Source: Squalus acanthias (Eukaryota). From it: a DNA stretch of 64,000 nucleotides. Below are positions 1-12,153 of the stretch, in pieces (positions within the stretch are counted from its first letter, which is position 1; every line of letters starts with the position of its first letter). The notes under the pieces are model-generated. The model made no database searches. It was not told the DNA's origin and saw only the letters and a list, made by a program, of their open reading frames with translations. The stretch is taken from positions 61,320,001-61,384,000 of the forward strand of contig CM059438.1 of the NCBI GenBank assembly GCA_030390025.1. Direction: 5' to 3'. The translations under genes and the position numbers were made by a program.

Positions 1-660
1 CGAGCCCAATCGTCCATCCTGTCCAAACACCAGTGCAAACAGTAAAGAAAAGCAGCCTTTGTCACTGTGAAACTTACTTAATGCGTTCGACATTTTTGTG
101 TGTTAGTTACGTAGCGCCAGTGACATTTTATTTTTTGCTGCTAACACCCCATAATTCTTAGCTGAGGTAATGACAAGGGAGTTGCTATGGTTACAGCTGC
201 GTGCTCACTGATGGTGTAAGTGAGGACACAGCTGTTTGATTTAGTTTTAAACCAATCACACTCGCCCACCCCATCCCCCACCCTCAGGATCCGTTAGCAT
301 CTCTTTTACTTGCAGGGAGTCATTTGTCTATTACTGTTATCAGTACGTTTGGGAAGGATGCGTAGTTGAAATAAATAACGCTCCCTTGTCTCCTCCGACA
401 GCTTTAGGTTGTTGCCAGACTCAAGGGAAAGGCATTGTGTCGTTGCCCATGAAATATCTCAGTGCAAATAATAAACTCACAACCCAACCGCAACAGCTCA
501 GGCCCCTTGATTCACTTCTTGACAATGAGTGAAGTAGTTAATCCTGCACACACATGGAGCAAAGAGCTTCTGTATCTGTGGCACCTCATCTGTATTATAG
601 CCTGCGCCTTGCAAATATCAATCAGAGGGATTTTATTGAGCGTTTATACATGGTTGGGTG

Positions 661-1850
661 TAGCGTGGGCTAGATACAAGGTAAAGCTTTCTCCAAGGCC
701 AAGTATAACGTGGGCTAGATACAAGGTAAAGCCTTCTCCAAGGCTAAGTATAGCATGGGCTAGATACAAGGTAAAGCCTTCTCCAAGGCTAAGTATAGCA
801 TGGGCTAGATACAAGGTAAAGCCTTCTCCAAGGCCAAGTATAGCATGGGCTAGATACAAGGTAAAGCCTTGTCCAAGGCCAAGTATAGCGTGGGCTAGAT
901 ACAAGGTAAAGCCTTCTCCAAGGCCAAGTATAACGTGGGCTAGATACAAGGTAAAGCCTTCTCCAAGGCCAAGTATAACATGGGCTAGATACAAGGTAAA
1001 GCCTTGTCCAAGGCCAAGTATAATGTGGGCTAGATACAAGGTAAAGCCTTCTCCAAGGCCAAGTATAGCGTGGGCTAGATACAAGGTAAAGCCTTCTCCA
1101 AGGCCAAGTATAGCGTGGGCTAGATACAAGGTAAAGCCTTCTCCAAGGCCAAGTATAGCGTGGGCTAGATACAAGGTAAAGCCTTCTCCAAGGCCAAGTA
1201 TAGTGTGGGCTAGATACAAGGTAAAGCCTTCTCCAAGGCCAAGTAGAGCGTGGGCTAGATACAAGGTAAAGCTTTCTCCAAGGCCAAGTATAACGTGGGC
1301 TAGATACAAGGTAAAGCCTTCTCCAAGGCTAAGTATAGCATGGGCTAGATACAAGGTAAAGCCTTCTCCAAGGCCAAGTATAGCATGGGCTAGATACAAG
1401 GTAAAGCCTTGTCCAAGGCCAAGTATAGCGTGGGCTAGATACAAGGTAAAGCTTTCTCCAAGGCCAAGTATAACGTGGGCTAGATACAAGGTAAAGCCTT
1501 CTCCAAGGCCAAGTATAACATGGGCTAGATACAAGGTAAAGCCTTGTCCAAGGCCAAGTATAATGTGGGCTAGATACAAGGTAAAGCCTTCTCCAAGGCC
1601 AAGTATAGCGTGGGCTAGATACAAGGTAAAGCCTTCTCCAAGGCCAAGTATAGCGTGGGCTAGATACAAGGTAAAGCCTTCTCCAAGGCCAAGTAGAGCG
1701 TGGGCTAGATACAAGGTAAAGCCTTCTCCAAGGCCAAGTATAGCGTGGGCTAGATACAAGGTAAAGCCTTCTCCAAGGCCAAGTAGAGCGTGGGCTAGAT
1801 ACAAGGTAAAGCCTTCTCCAAGGCCAAGTAGAGCGTGGGCTAGATACAAG
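661..1850. repeat. 45-bp minisatellite, about 26.5 copies
   Basis: Unit TAGCGTGGGCTAGATACAAGGTAAAGCCTTCTCCAAGGCCAAGTA repeated head to tail with few substitutions. It accounts for ORFs 462..1961 and 644..1849. Confidence 0.97.
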
Positions 1851-1952
1851 AGTCATCAGCATTATTTTGCATACCGCCAGCTGGTGTCAAAAAATCACAG
1901 GTCCAGTGCCCGCGATTTTCTGTCCATTGATCGAAGAACAGATAGTGGCATA

Positions 1953-2377
1953 GTGGCATAGTGGTTAGCACTGGTGCCTCACAGCGCCAGAGACCCGGGT
2001 TCGAATCTGACCTCGGGTGACTGTCTGTGTGGAGTTTGCACATTCTCCCCGTGTCTGCGTGGGTTTCCTCCGGGTGCTCCGGTTTCCTCCCACAGTCCAA
2101 AAATGTGTGGGTTAGGTTGATTTGGCTATGATAAATTGACCCTTAGTGTTAGGGGGGATTAAATATGTGGGGTTATGGGGATAGGATGGGATATGTTAGG
2201 GGGAATTAAATACGTGGGGTTACGGGGGTAGGGTGGGATATGTGTACTGTGGGGATTAAAGCAGGGACAGGGTACTGGATTTGGATGATCAGCCATGATC
2301 GTATTAAATGGCGGAGCAGGCTCGACGGGCCGAATGGCCTACTCCTGCTCCTAGATTCTATGTTTCTATGTTTCTAT
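1953..2377 (+). mobile_element. tRNA-derived V-SINE (HE1-like) with CR1-type tail
   Basis: A box (TGGCATAGTGG) and B box (GGTTCGAATC), V-domain GTGTGGAGTTTGCACATTCTCCCCGTGTCTGCGTGGGTTTCCTCCGGGTGCTCCGGTTTCCTCCCACA, and a tail ending in (TTCTATGT)n. Confidence 0.9.
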
Positions 2378-2653
2378 AGTCAGGAACAAGGTTACTCATC
2401 ACAGTCGTGCCTCTGAATGTCTACATTAAAGAATACAGCCATGTCTACGCTAGACCATCAAGCAGCCTCAGATCAGGGACAGCACACGTTAGATACAGGG
2501 CAAAAGAGAAAAGACTTGCATTTGTAGAGCACTGGGATCACATCCCTGAGAAGTGTTTCAAAGCACTTCACACAACTTACTTCTGAAATGTAGCTACTGT
2601 TGTTTTGTAGGGTGATGTGTTCACACACCCTACAAACACACACAAGTAAGGAC

Positions 2654-3176
2654 TGTGATGGAATACTCTCCACTTGCCTGGATGAGTGCAGCTCCAACAA
2701 CACTCAAGAAGCTCGACACCATCCAGGATAAAGCAGCCCGCTTGATTGGCACCCCATCTACCACCTTAAACATTCACTCCCTCCACCACCGGCGTACCGT
2801 GGCTGCAGTGTGCACCATCTACAAGATGCACTGCAGCAACTCGCCAAGGCTTCTTCGACAGCACCTCCCAAACCCGCAACCTCCACCAACTAGAAGGACA
2901 AGGGCAGCAGGCGCATGGGAACACCACCACCTCTAAGTTCCCCTCCAAGTCACACACCTTCCTGACTTAGAAGTATATCGCCGCTCCTTCATCGTCGTTG
3001 GGTCAAAATCCTGGAAAACTCTCCCTAATAGCTCTGTGGGAGTACCTTCACCACACGGACTGCAGCGGTTGAAGAAGGCGGCTCACCACCACCTTCTCAA
3101 GGGCAATTAGGGATGGGCAATAAATGCTGACCTTGCCAGCGATGCCCAGATCCCATGAACGAATAATAAAAAAAAC
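2654..3176 (+). mobile_element. 3' fragment of a CR1-group LINE
   Basis: ORF 2655..2936 (MEYSPLAW...LDTIQDKAARLI...SLHHRR) resembles a LINE ORF2 C-terminus and is followed by an A-rich end. The same 3' end recurs inverted at 63365-63500. Confidence 0.75.
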
Positions 3177-3304
3177 CCCTGGTGGTCTGGCAAGGGGGAG
3201 AGTCTGTGTCCTTTCACACACACACACACACGCTACAAACATCTACTGGATGGACCACCTAGTTTATAATGGTGAGTTGGACCACCTAGTCCAGTGTTGA
3301 GATA

Positions 3305-4292
3305 AAACAACAACAATTGCCATTTGTGTAGCACCTTTAACATAGTAAAACGTCCCAAAGCACTTCACAGGAGCGTTATCAAACAAAATTTTACACTAAA
3401 GCCACTTAAGAAGATATTAGGACAGGTGACCAATAGCTTGGTCAAAGAGGTAGGTTTTATGGAGCGCCTTAAAGGAGAAGAGAGAGGTAGAGAGGCGGAG
3501 AGGTTTAGAGAGGGAATTCCAGAGCTTAGGGCCTTGGCAGCTGAAGGCACGGCCGCCAATGGTGGAACGATGAAAATCGAGGATGCGCAAGAGGCCAAAA
3601 TTGGAGGAGCGCAGATATCTCGGAGGGTTGTAGGGCTGGAGGAGGTTACAGAGATAGGGAGGGGTGAGGCCATGGAGGGATTTGAAAACAAGGATGAGAA
3701 TTTTAAAATCGAGCCGGACCAGGAGCCAATTGTCGGTCAGCGAGCACAGGGGTGATGGGTGAACGGGACTTGGTGCGAGTTAGGACACGGGCTGCAGAGT
3801 TTTGAATGAGTTCACATTTATGGAGGGTGCAAGGTGGGAGTGCGTTGCAATAGTTGAGTTTAGAGGTAACAAAGGCATGGATGAGGGTTTCAGCAACAGA
3901 TGAGACGAGGCAGGGGCGGAGACGGGCGATGGGCGGTTTTGGTGATGGAGCGGATATGTAGTCGGAAGCTCAATTCAGGGTCAAATAGGGCGCCAAGGTT
4001 GCAAACATGGCCAAGAAGAGGGATGGAGTAAGTGACTAGGAAGCGGTGTTTGTGGTGGGGACTGAAGACAATGGCTTCGGTCTTCCCAATATTTAGTTGG
4101 AGGAAATTTCTGCTCTTCCAGCACTGGATGTCGGACAAGCAGCGTGACAAATCAGAGACGGTGGAGGGGTCGAGAGAGGTGGTGGTGAGGTAGAGCTGGG
4201 TGTCGTCGGCGTACATGTGGAAACTGATGTGTTTTCGGATGATGTCGCCGAGGGGCAGCATGTCGATGAGAAATAGGAGGGGGCCAAGGATA
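3305..4292 (-). mobile_element. L2-clade LINE 3' fragment
   Basis: RT motif FHMYADDTQLY and NFLQLNIGKTEAI in ORF 3890..4261, with a (TTG)n-type tail. Confidence 0.9.
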
Positions 4293-5158
4293 GATTAAGC
4301 ACATGACAGGTCAGTCCGCTCCTGACAGAGAAAGACAGGTTAACGCTTCAGCTGGGAACCTACCCTAAAATAAGGAGGTGGATCTGAACTATTACTGACT
4401 TATTCATCACTTTCCTTACCACTTCCCTGACATCTGTGTTAATCTTGACAGGTTGACAGAAGCTGAAAGCGCTGCAAACTCTACAATGATGCTTTATGCA
4501 ATCCAGGCCACGGTGATCTCTTTGGTTTCATATTACCTCAGGATGAAAGCTGATCATTCATTCACCTGTGGGATTGTACGTGTCAGTGTCGGCTCCTGCA
4601 CGTGTATGCTACTTGTAATAACAGAGGAATGTAAGTTGCGTTTTGAGATTTTGCCTGTGGCCAGAATCCAATGGTTGGGTCTGACTACTTCAAGTACCTG
4701 ACGAGGCAAATGTTGGCTTTAGAGAGATGGGCCAAATGGGAAAAGCCCAGGTACACACTAGAATTTTGCTTTGGACTATCTAAATTGCATTCAGATGTCA
4801 AAGCCGAACTTCAGATCCTTAGCCCTCTCTTCCAAAGTTGCAATTGGTTCTAAGTCAATCTAAGGTGTCATCTACTGACACACCTATCACTCCCGTCACC
4901 GGGAGTAGACTGGGAGAGGAGAGAGGAAGTTGGTATCCAAATTCTACGTTGATGAAAATTGGGCAAATTATTGTTAATTAGTTCACGTTTTGGTCAATTC
5001 AACTCCGCTGGGATCAGAAAAATTACCTCAGGGCTTGTGGATGGATGGCGTTGACTTGGAAGCTGTTTAGAAGGCAATGACAGGCTTTTCGAGAGAGAAG
5101 TAAAGTACTGAAAGAAAGTATTTGTACATCCCATCGTCCCATTGTACTAGTCCTAGTA

Positions 5159-5632
5159 AAGAAAGAACGTGCATTTATACAGTGCCTTCCACGGCCTCAG
5201 GATGTCCCAAAGCGCTTTATAGTCAATTAAGTACTTTGTACGTGTAGTCACTGTTGTAACGTAGGAAAACGTAGGAGCAGCCCATTTGCACACAGCAAGG
5301 TCCCACAAACAGCAATGAGACAATGACCAGATAATCTGTTTTTTAGTGACGTTAGTTCAGGGATAAATATTGATCAGGGCACCCGGGAGAACTCCCCTGC
5401 TCTTCTTCGAAATAGTGCCATGGGATCTTTTATGTCCACTTGAGAGAGCAGACGGGGCCTCGGTTTGACATCTCCACCGAAAGATGGCACCTCTGACAGT
5501 GCAGCGCTCCCTCCGTACTGCACTGAGGTGTCAGCCTATCTTACAGGCAAAGGTTTCTTGGAGTGGAACTTGAACCTACAACCTTCTGACTCCAAGGCGA
5601 GGGTGCTATCACTGAATCAAGATGGACACTCA
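5159..5632 (-). mobile_element. Deu-domain SINE (SacSINE1/AmnSINE-like) with tRNA head and L2-like tail
   Basis: Reverse complement matches the + copies at 39303 and 61198, including the core GGAGGTGCCGTCTTT.GATGAGACGTTAAACCGAGG...AAAGATCCCATGGCACTA. Confidence 0.85.
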
Positions 5633-6315
5633 GTAATTGTAGTGTCATCTTGATAGACTCACTGTGGGTCATTTGATACTTACTCAGGACTGTTCTGGAG
5701 ATCCTTTGACACTGGTTGAAGCCTTGAAGCCTGTCTTTCTTGGTTGTACTTTAAACCTGACTGTTACAGTATCGCTGCAATTTAAGCGCATTCATTGCTC
5801 AAGTCATTACTGAAGAGCAACAGATCCTTGACACTTGGATGGCAGACAACAAGATCCCTGTCGAACAGACCATCTCATTGTTCTCACTGTGTCCCTACAG
5901 CCCAGTCTTTGGAACCAAGGAAAGCAGCGTAGAGTTTCGGAATGTGTATCAGGTGGCCGCTGGGAGATTGTAAAGCCTGCTCCACAAAGGCTGATGAAAC
6001 AATGAGTGATTCAGCTCTTAAAACGACACTTGTAATTGCCTGATTGTTGAGGTTAAAAACATCACTCATCGGAACTGTGTCCCAGGTATATTCTTGTCAA
6101 GTACAACCACTTACAGGTGTAATTAAGGTGAGTGAATTCTTGTGAAGCCTTGTGGTTCATTGAGGTGATGAAAGAGAAATGAAATACTAGAGTGTTGGAT
6201 TGGAGCGCTCATGTTAAGGCAGTGACAAGGTTTACCTTATAAGCGCCAGGTGTGCACCTTACCTAGTTAGAAAGTCACAGCTGATGTCTCACAAGGTAAC
6301 CTGCAAAGACACAAG

Positions 6316-6490
6316 GAAGGTCCTTTCACCTAACCCACCTGGCCGGAGACTGATGGGATCGGATTGGATCGACCGCCTGTTTTACACTTCCATGGATTTC
6401 TGATCTTACCTTCCGTTGACTTCAATGGAAAGCAAAATCGGGCAGGTTGTAAAATGGGCGGCCAATCTGATCCGGGTTAAAATGACCCCC
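6316..6490. mobile_element. Short palindromic MITE-like element, possibly Harbinger-related
   Basis: Internal inverted arms (ACCGCCTGTTTTACA / TGTAAAATGGGCGG), right end AAAATGACCCCC, possible AAG duplication. A similar motif occurs near 40843-40890. Confidence 0.4.
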
Positions 6491-6649
6491 AAGGAAAAGA
6501 ACACTACAGCTTACTGCCTGGTGAATTACTGCCATTCGGATAACAGAACTGCCTGATCAACGTGAGCACGCCATCAATGCTCGACTTTAACCATTCCTCC
6601 GCAGGATTCCTGAGGGGATTTGCCACTTCTCAAGATTTAAAAAAGAATA

Positions 6650-7120
6650 GGAAAGACTTGAATTTCTAGCGCCTTTCACGACCGCAGGGCATCCCAAAGC
6701 GCTTTACAGCCAATGAAGTAATTTTTGAAGTGTAGTCACTGTTGTAATGTAGGAAACGCGGCAGCCAATTTGCGCACAGCAAGGTCCCACAAACAGCAAT
6801 GTGATAATGACCAGATAATCTGTTTTAGTGATGTTGGTTGAGGGATAAATATTGTCCAGGACACCGGGGATAACTCCCCTGCTCTTCTTCAAAATACTGT
6901 AGTGCCATGGGATCTTTTACGTCCACCTGAGAGAGCAGACAGGACCTCAGTTTAACATCTCATCCGAAAGGACAGCACCTCCGACAATGCAGCACTTCCT
7001 CAGCACTGCACTGGAGTGTCAGCCTAGATTTTTGTGCTCAGGTCTCTGGAGTGGGACTGTGAACCCACGACCTTCTGACTCAGAGGCGAGTGTGCTACCC
7101 ACTGAGCCACAGCTGACACC
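6650..7120 (-). mobile_element. Deu-domain SINE, near full length
   Basis: Same family as 5159-5632, with an intact tRNA-like head at the 7120 end. Confidence 0.9.
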
Positions 7121-7172
7121 TAACTTTGCCTATGTGACCTCGGAGTGATTTGGGATTATTTTATATTCAGAT

Positions 7173-7608
7173 GGCAACACGGTGGCTTAGTGGTTAGCAC
7201 TGGTGCCTCACAGCGCCAGGGACCTGGGTTCGAATCTGACCTCGGGTGACTGTCTGTGTGGAGTTTGCACATTCTCCCCGTGTCTGCGTGGGTTTCCTCC
7301 GGGTGCTCCGGTTTCCTCCCACAGTCCAAAAATGTGCGGGTTAGGTTGATTTGGCTATGATAAATTGACCCTTAGTGTTAGGGGGGGATTAAATATGTGG
7401 GGTTATGGGGATAGGATGGGATATGTTAGGGGGAATTAAATACGTGGGGTTACGGGGGTAGGGTGGGATATGTGTACTGTGGGGATTAAAGCAGGGACAG
7501 GGTACTGGATTTGGATGATCAGCCATGATCGTATTGAATGGTGGAGCAGGCTCGACGGGCCGAATGGCCTACTCCTGCTCCTAGATTCTATGTTTCTATG
7601 TTTCTATG
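7173..7608 (+). mobile_element. V-SINE (HE1-like), near-identical to 1953-2377
   Basis: Matches the first copy along its whole length, including the internal duplication and the tail. Confidence 0.9.
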
Positions 7609-7952
7609 TTGTTATTAAGTTAAATTCAGCACATAGGGGGTGAAAAACCTCACAATGTACAAGACCCTAGTGGGTAAAATTTCATGTATGTATTGCATTT
7701 ATCCTGTGACAAAATCATAGTGGGAGCATGTAACTGCTGGAGGAGCTTCAAATCTTATAAATCCTGCTGTGTTTCAATTAATGAGGTTTGACAGTATTTA
7801 TCTCTGTTTAATTTTCACACGGTCCTTGAACTGAAATGGTTAGTGCTTCACTTTTATAGATCTAGTGGAACTCATCTGAAATTCATTGCTTCTCCCAACC
7901 CCAGAGATATCATGAATGACATGTGGGTGGGGCGAGGCGTGCGGAAAAAGAG

Positions 7953-8365
7953 CAGGTACAACACGAGATAGATACAGAATAAAGGTTCTTCTCCACTGTC
8001 CCAGCTGGCCCTCCCAGGACAGATATAACACGAGATAGATACAGGATAAAGGTCCCTTTACACTGACCTAACAGGCCCTCCCAGGACAGATACAACACGA
8101 GATAGATACAGGATAAAGGTCCCTTTACACTGACCTAACAGGCCCCCCAGGACAGATACAACACGAGATAGATACAGGACAAAGGTCCCTTTACACTGAC
8201 CTAACAGGCACACCAGGACAGATACAACACGAGATAGATACAGGATAAAGGTTCTTCTCCACTGTCCCAGCTGGTCCTCCCAGGACAGATATAACATGAG
8301 ATAGATACAGGATAAAGGTCCCTTTACACTGACCTAACAGTCCCCCCCCCCAGGACAAGTACACC
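7953..8365. repeat. ~66-67-bp tandem repeat, about 6 copies
   Basis: CAGGACAGATACAACACGAGATAGATACAGGATAAAGGTCCCTTTACACTGACCTAACAGG...; CAGGAC recurs at 8015, 8082, 8148, 8214, 8281 and 8351. Confidence 0.92.
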
Positions 8366-8669
8366 TCAAGTTAGAAAAGTTCTCTAAAGACAAAAAGAAG
8401 AAGACTTTCCTTTATATAGCACCTGATAACATCGTGAAGCACTTCACATACAATTGGTTACTTTGAAGTAGAGTAATTGAATGTTATGAAAAAAAAGTGA
8501 TGCAACCATTTTGTACAGAGCAAAGTCCCACAAAGAGCAATGAGATGAATGACTGGTTAATCAATATTTTTATTGGTGCAGGTTGAAGGAGGAATGTTGG
8601 ACAAGACAGCGTAGAGTTTCAGAATGTTCCTGCTCTTCTGAAAATGAAATCTTCAACATCCAACTTAAC

Positions 8670-10295
8670 TGCTTGCCATGATTTTCCAATCTTCTCTAGA
8701 TGCGGGGGAGGTGCCTGAGGATTGAAAAGTGGCAAATGTGATACCCTTGTTCAAGAAAGTGTGTAAGGACAATCCTAGTAACTACAGGCCGGTCAGTTTA
8801 ACATCAGTGGTGAGTAAAGTTTTAGAAACAATAATCAAGGAAAAAATTAATGGGCACTTGGAGAGGTTTAAGCTAATTAAGGAAAGCCAACACGGGTTTG
8901 TAAAAGGCAGAAATAACAACAGAAAATGCTGGAAGCACTCAGCAGGCCAGGCAGCATCCGTGGAGAGAGAAACAGAGTTAACGTTTCAGGTCTGTGACCC
9001 TTCATCAGCTATTGTGTTTGTAAAAGGCAGATCGTGTTTGACTAATCTAATTGAATTTTTTGATGAAGTAACAGGGAGGATTAATGAAGGGAATGCAATG
9101 GATGTTGCCTACATGGATTTTCGGAAGGCGTTTGACAAAGTACCACATAGAAGGCTGGTTAACAAAATTGAGGCTCATGGAATAGGTGGGTCAGTGGCAG
9201 CTTGGATAAGGAATTGGCTTAAGGATAGAAAACAGCGAGTTGTGGTAAATGACTGTTTTTCAGACTGGAGGATCGTAGACAGTGGTGTTCCCCAAGGGTC
9301 AGTGCTGGGGCCACTGCTTTTTTGATATATATAAATGACCTAGATATTGGAATAAAGAGTAGAATTTCTAAATTTGCCGATGACACCAAACTTGGGGGTG
9401 TGGCAAACAGTGAGGATGATACCAATCGACTGCAACAGGACATAGAAAGGCTAGTAGAATGGGTAGACAAGTGGCAGATGGAATTTAATACAGAGAAGTG
9501 TGAGGTGATGCATTTTGGCAGAAGGAACAGGGAGAGGCAATATACACTTAATGACACAGTTTTAAAGAGTGTGCAGGGACAGAGGGACCTGGGAGTTAAT
9601 GTGCATAGGTCCCTGAAGGTGGCAGGACATATTAAGAGAGTGGTTAGCAAAGCATATGGGATCTTGGGCTTCATAAATAGAGGTATTGAGTACAAAAGTA
9701 GAGAAATAATGCTGAACCTTTATAAAGCCCTGGTTAGGCCACAACTGGAGTATTGTATCCAGTTCTGGTCACCACACTTTAGGAAGGATGAGAAGGCCCT
9801 TGAGAGGGTGCAGAGGAGATTTACCAGAATGGTTCCAGTGATGGGGGATCTTAGCTACAAGGACAGGTTGGAGAAGCTGGATTTGTTTTCATTAGAACAA
9901 AGGAGGTTGAGGGGTGATTTGATAGAGGTGTACAAGATTATGACCGGTTTGGATAGGCTAGACGGGGAAAGGCTGTTCCCACTAGTTGATGGTACAAGGA
10001 CTAGGGGACTAAGGTTTTGGGCAAGAGATACAAGGGGGAGGTGAGGAAAAACTTTTTTACTCAGCGAGTGGTGAGGACCTGGAACTCGCTGCCGCTGGAA
10101 GTGGTGGAAGCGGAGACACTCAATGTTTTCAAGGGGAGACTGGATAGGCACTTGAGGGAAATAAACTAGCAGGGCTACGGGGATAGAGCGGGGGAATGGG
10201 ACTGACTGGATTGCTCTACAGAGAGCCGGCACGGACTCGCTGGGCCAAATGGCCTCCTTCTGTGTCGTTATGACTCTATGACTATGACTCTATGA
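8670..10295 (+). mobile_element. 5'-truncated CR1 LINE with frameshifted ORF2
   Basis: NYRPVSLTS, DFRKAFDKV, GVPQGSVLGP and FADD motifs in ORFs 8729..9325 and 9322..10044, with a (CTATGACT)n tail. Confidence 0.95.
8911..9008 (-). ncRNA. ~98-bp Penelope-like terminal insertion carrying a minimal hammerhead ribozyme core
   Basis: Minus strand reads CUGAUGA-A-GGGUC-ACA-GACCU-GAAACGUU. It is flanked by a 16-bp duplication GTTTGTAAAAGGCAGA (8896-8911 and 9016-9031). Confidence 0.7.
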
Positions 10296-10479
10296 CCACC
10301 AGAAGGCCCCTTAGTTTAACGTCTCATCCAAAAGACAGCACCTCTGACAGGACAGCACTGTCTCAGTATCACACTGAGAGACAGACAGTAAAGGAGAGTG
10401 ACAGAGTGTGAAAGAGAGGCGGACGCTCTCTGACGTATCTGTTTATGCCACAACCAGTTAAAGAGACCAAGACCTTATT

Positions 10480-11170
10480 GTCTCCCAATCTCTCTCTCCT
10501 ACAAATACTCACTGCAGAACCTACCTTGCACACACCCTTTCTCTGTCTCTCAATCTCTCTCTCACTACTGTTGCACACACTCTGTAGCACACCACATTCC
10601 CTCTCTTGCATTTTGTTTCTCTGTCTGTCTGTCCTCTCACGCTGTCTCTCTAACACACTTTCATTCTCACACTCTCACTCTGTCTCTCACGCTCCCCCAT
10701 CTCTCACACACAGAAACTGCACTCCCTGAGTCTCTTTCACGTTCTGTCCCTCAAATTCTTTGTGTCTCTCAACCCTCACTCATTATTTCCATTCACTATC
10801 ACTCTCTCTTGGAATCTCTGCCTATCTCTCACACTCCATTTCCCTTTCTCTATCACTCTCTCTCATTCTCTGCCTCTCTCAAACTCTGTTTCCCATTATC
10901 ATTCTCTCTCATTCTCTGCCTCTCTCAAACTCTGTTTCCCTTTCTCTACCACTCTTGCATTCTCTGCCTCTCTCAAACTGTTTCCCTTTCTCTATCACGC
11001 TCTCTCTCTCTCATTCTCTGCCTCTCACACTCCATTTCCCTTTCTCTACCATTCTTGTATTCTCTGCCTCTCTTTCACACCCATGTCACTCTCCTTTTCT
11101 GTCTGTCTCCCACTCTGTGTCTCCCTCGTGCACACTCTTTCTGACTTGGTTTTTCCCTCACACTCTCATG
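10480..11170. repeat. CT-rich low-complexity and degenerate tandem region
   Basis: Recurrent CATTCTCTGCCTCTCTCAAACT and TTTCCCTTTCTCTA units. Confidence 0.85.
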
Positions 11171-11802
11171 TGTGTTGTTGTAGGGACTCCTGTGATTCTG
11201 TCGGACATTTACTGCCGGGCTTTGCTGACACAGACAGTCACCTCTTGACCTTCACGTGCTCTTATTGGCAGGTGGCCTGTTAAATAGAGAATCCTGACCG
11301 ATCCTTGGATGAGGTCCAAGTCACAAAGGTTGGGAGGTCAGTCGTGAGGATAAAAATTAAATAATCGGCGTTTTCTGAAGGAAGAGGAAGATGAAGGAAG
11401 TGTCTGTGTAGCAAAGTCTGGAGCTGCAGACTTTGTTTATTGACTGTACACTGTGTTCTACTTCACATCGCTGTTTAAGATCAGTCTATGGGGCTTGTTT
11501 AGTTGGAGTGCAAATGGTCTTCTCCTGCCAAGTCAGGTGCTTCTTCACCTTTCCTTTGAAGCACGAGTCTGCTGGAGAGGATCTGCTTCTTCACAGGTAG
11601 GTAGCAACGTAAACAAATTCTGGGGACAAGTGACAACAGTGCCTCAGCAGGGCTGAGATCACAGGCACTTTCAGCCATGCAATGGTGGGGTGAGGGAAAG
11701 ACTACACTGCTCCTGCACCACACAAGAGACAAAGCGGATTCCTCTACTCTAGAGGAATAGAATTCAAATTCCAGAGAGATAGAATTGAAAAGCAGAGCAG
11801 TT

Positions 11803-12153
11803 TGGTGGCATAGTGGTTAGCACTGTTGCTTCACAGCGCCAGGGACCCGGGTTCGAATCCGGCCCCGGGTGACTGTCTGTGTGGAGTTTGCACATTCTCC
11901 CCGTGTCTGCGTGGGTTTCCTCCGGGTGCTCCGGTTTCCTCCCACAGTCCAAAGATGTGCGGGTTAGGTTGATTTGGCTATGATAAATTGACCCTTAGTG
12001 TTAGGGGGGAGTAAATATGTGGGGTTACGGGGATAGGGTGGGATATGTTAGGGGGGATTAAATATGTGGGGTTACGGGGATAGGGTGGGATATGTGTCGG
12101 TGCAGGCTCGATGGGCTGAAATGGCCTCTATCTGTACTGTTGTGATTCTGTGA
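11803..12153 (+). mobile_element. V-SINE (HE1-like) with a different, shorter tail
   Basis: Same head and V-domain as the 1953 and 7173 copies; the sequence diverges after ~12097. Confidence 0.9.

Noticed and set aside
462..1961. 499-aa and 401-aa repetitive ORFs on both strands
   Set aside because: They arise from a stop-free 45-bp minisatellite and have no unique domain or gene structure.
1953..2025. tRNA genes at SINE heads
   Set aside because: They continue directly into SINE bodies, so they are tRNA-derived promoters only.
5880..5955. Possible host exon after an acceptor-like CCCTACAG
   Set aside because: The peptide is unrecognisable, the donor is weak and there are no partner exons, so it cannot be supported without transcript data.
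661..8365. CRISPR-like appearance of the regular repeats
   Set aside because: The units are contiguous with no unique spacers, there are no cas genes, and the context is eukaryotic.
8729..9325. RT with a novel 40-aa in-frame insertion
   Set aside because: The 120-bp insert plus TSD is a multiple of 3 by chance, and the host CR1 is already truncated and frameshifted.
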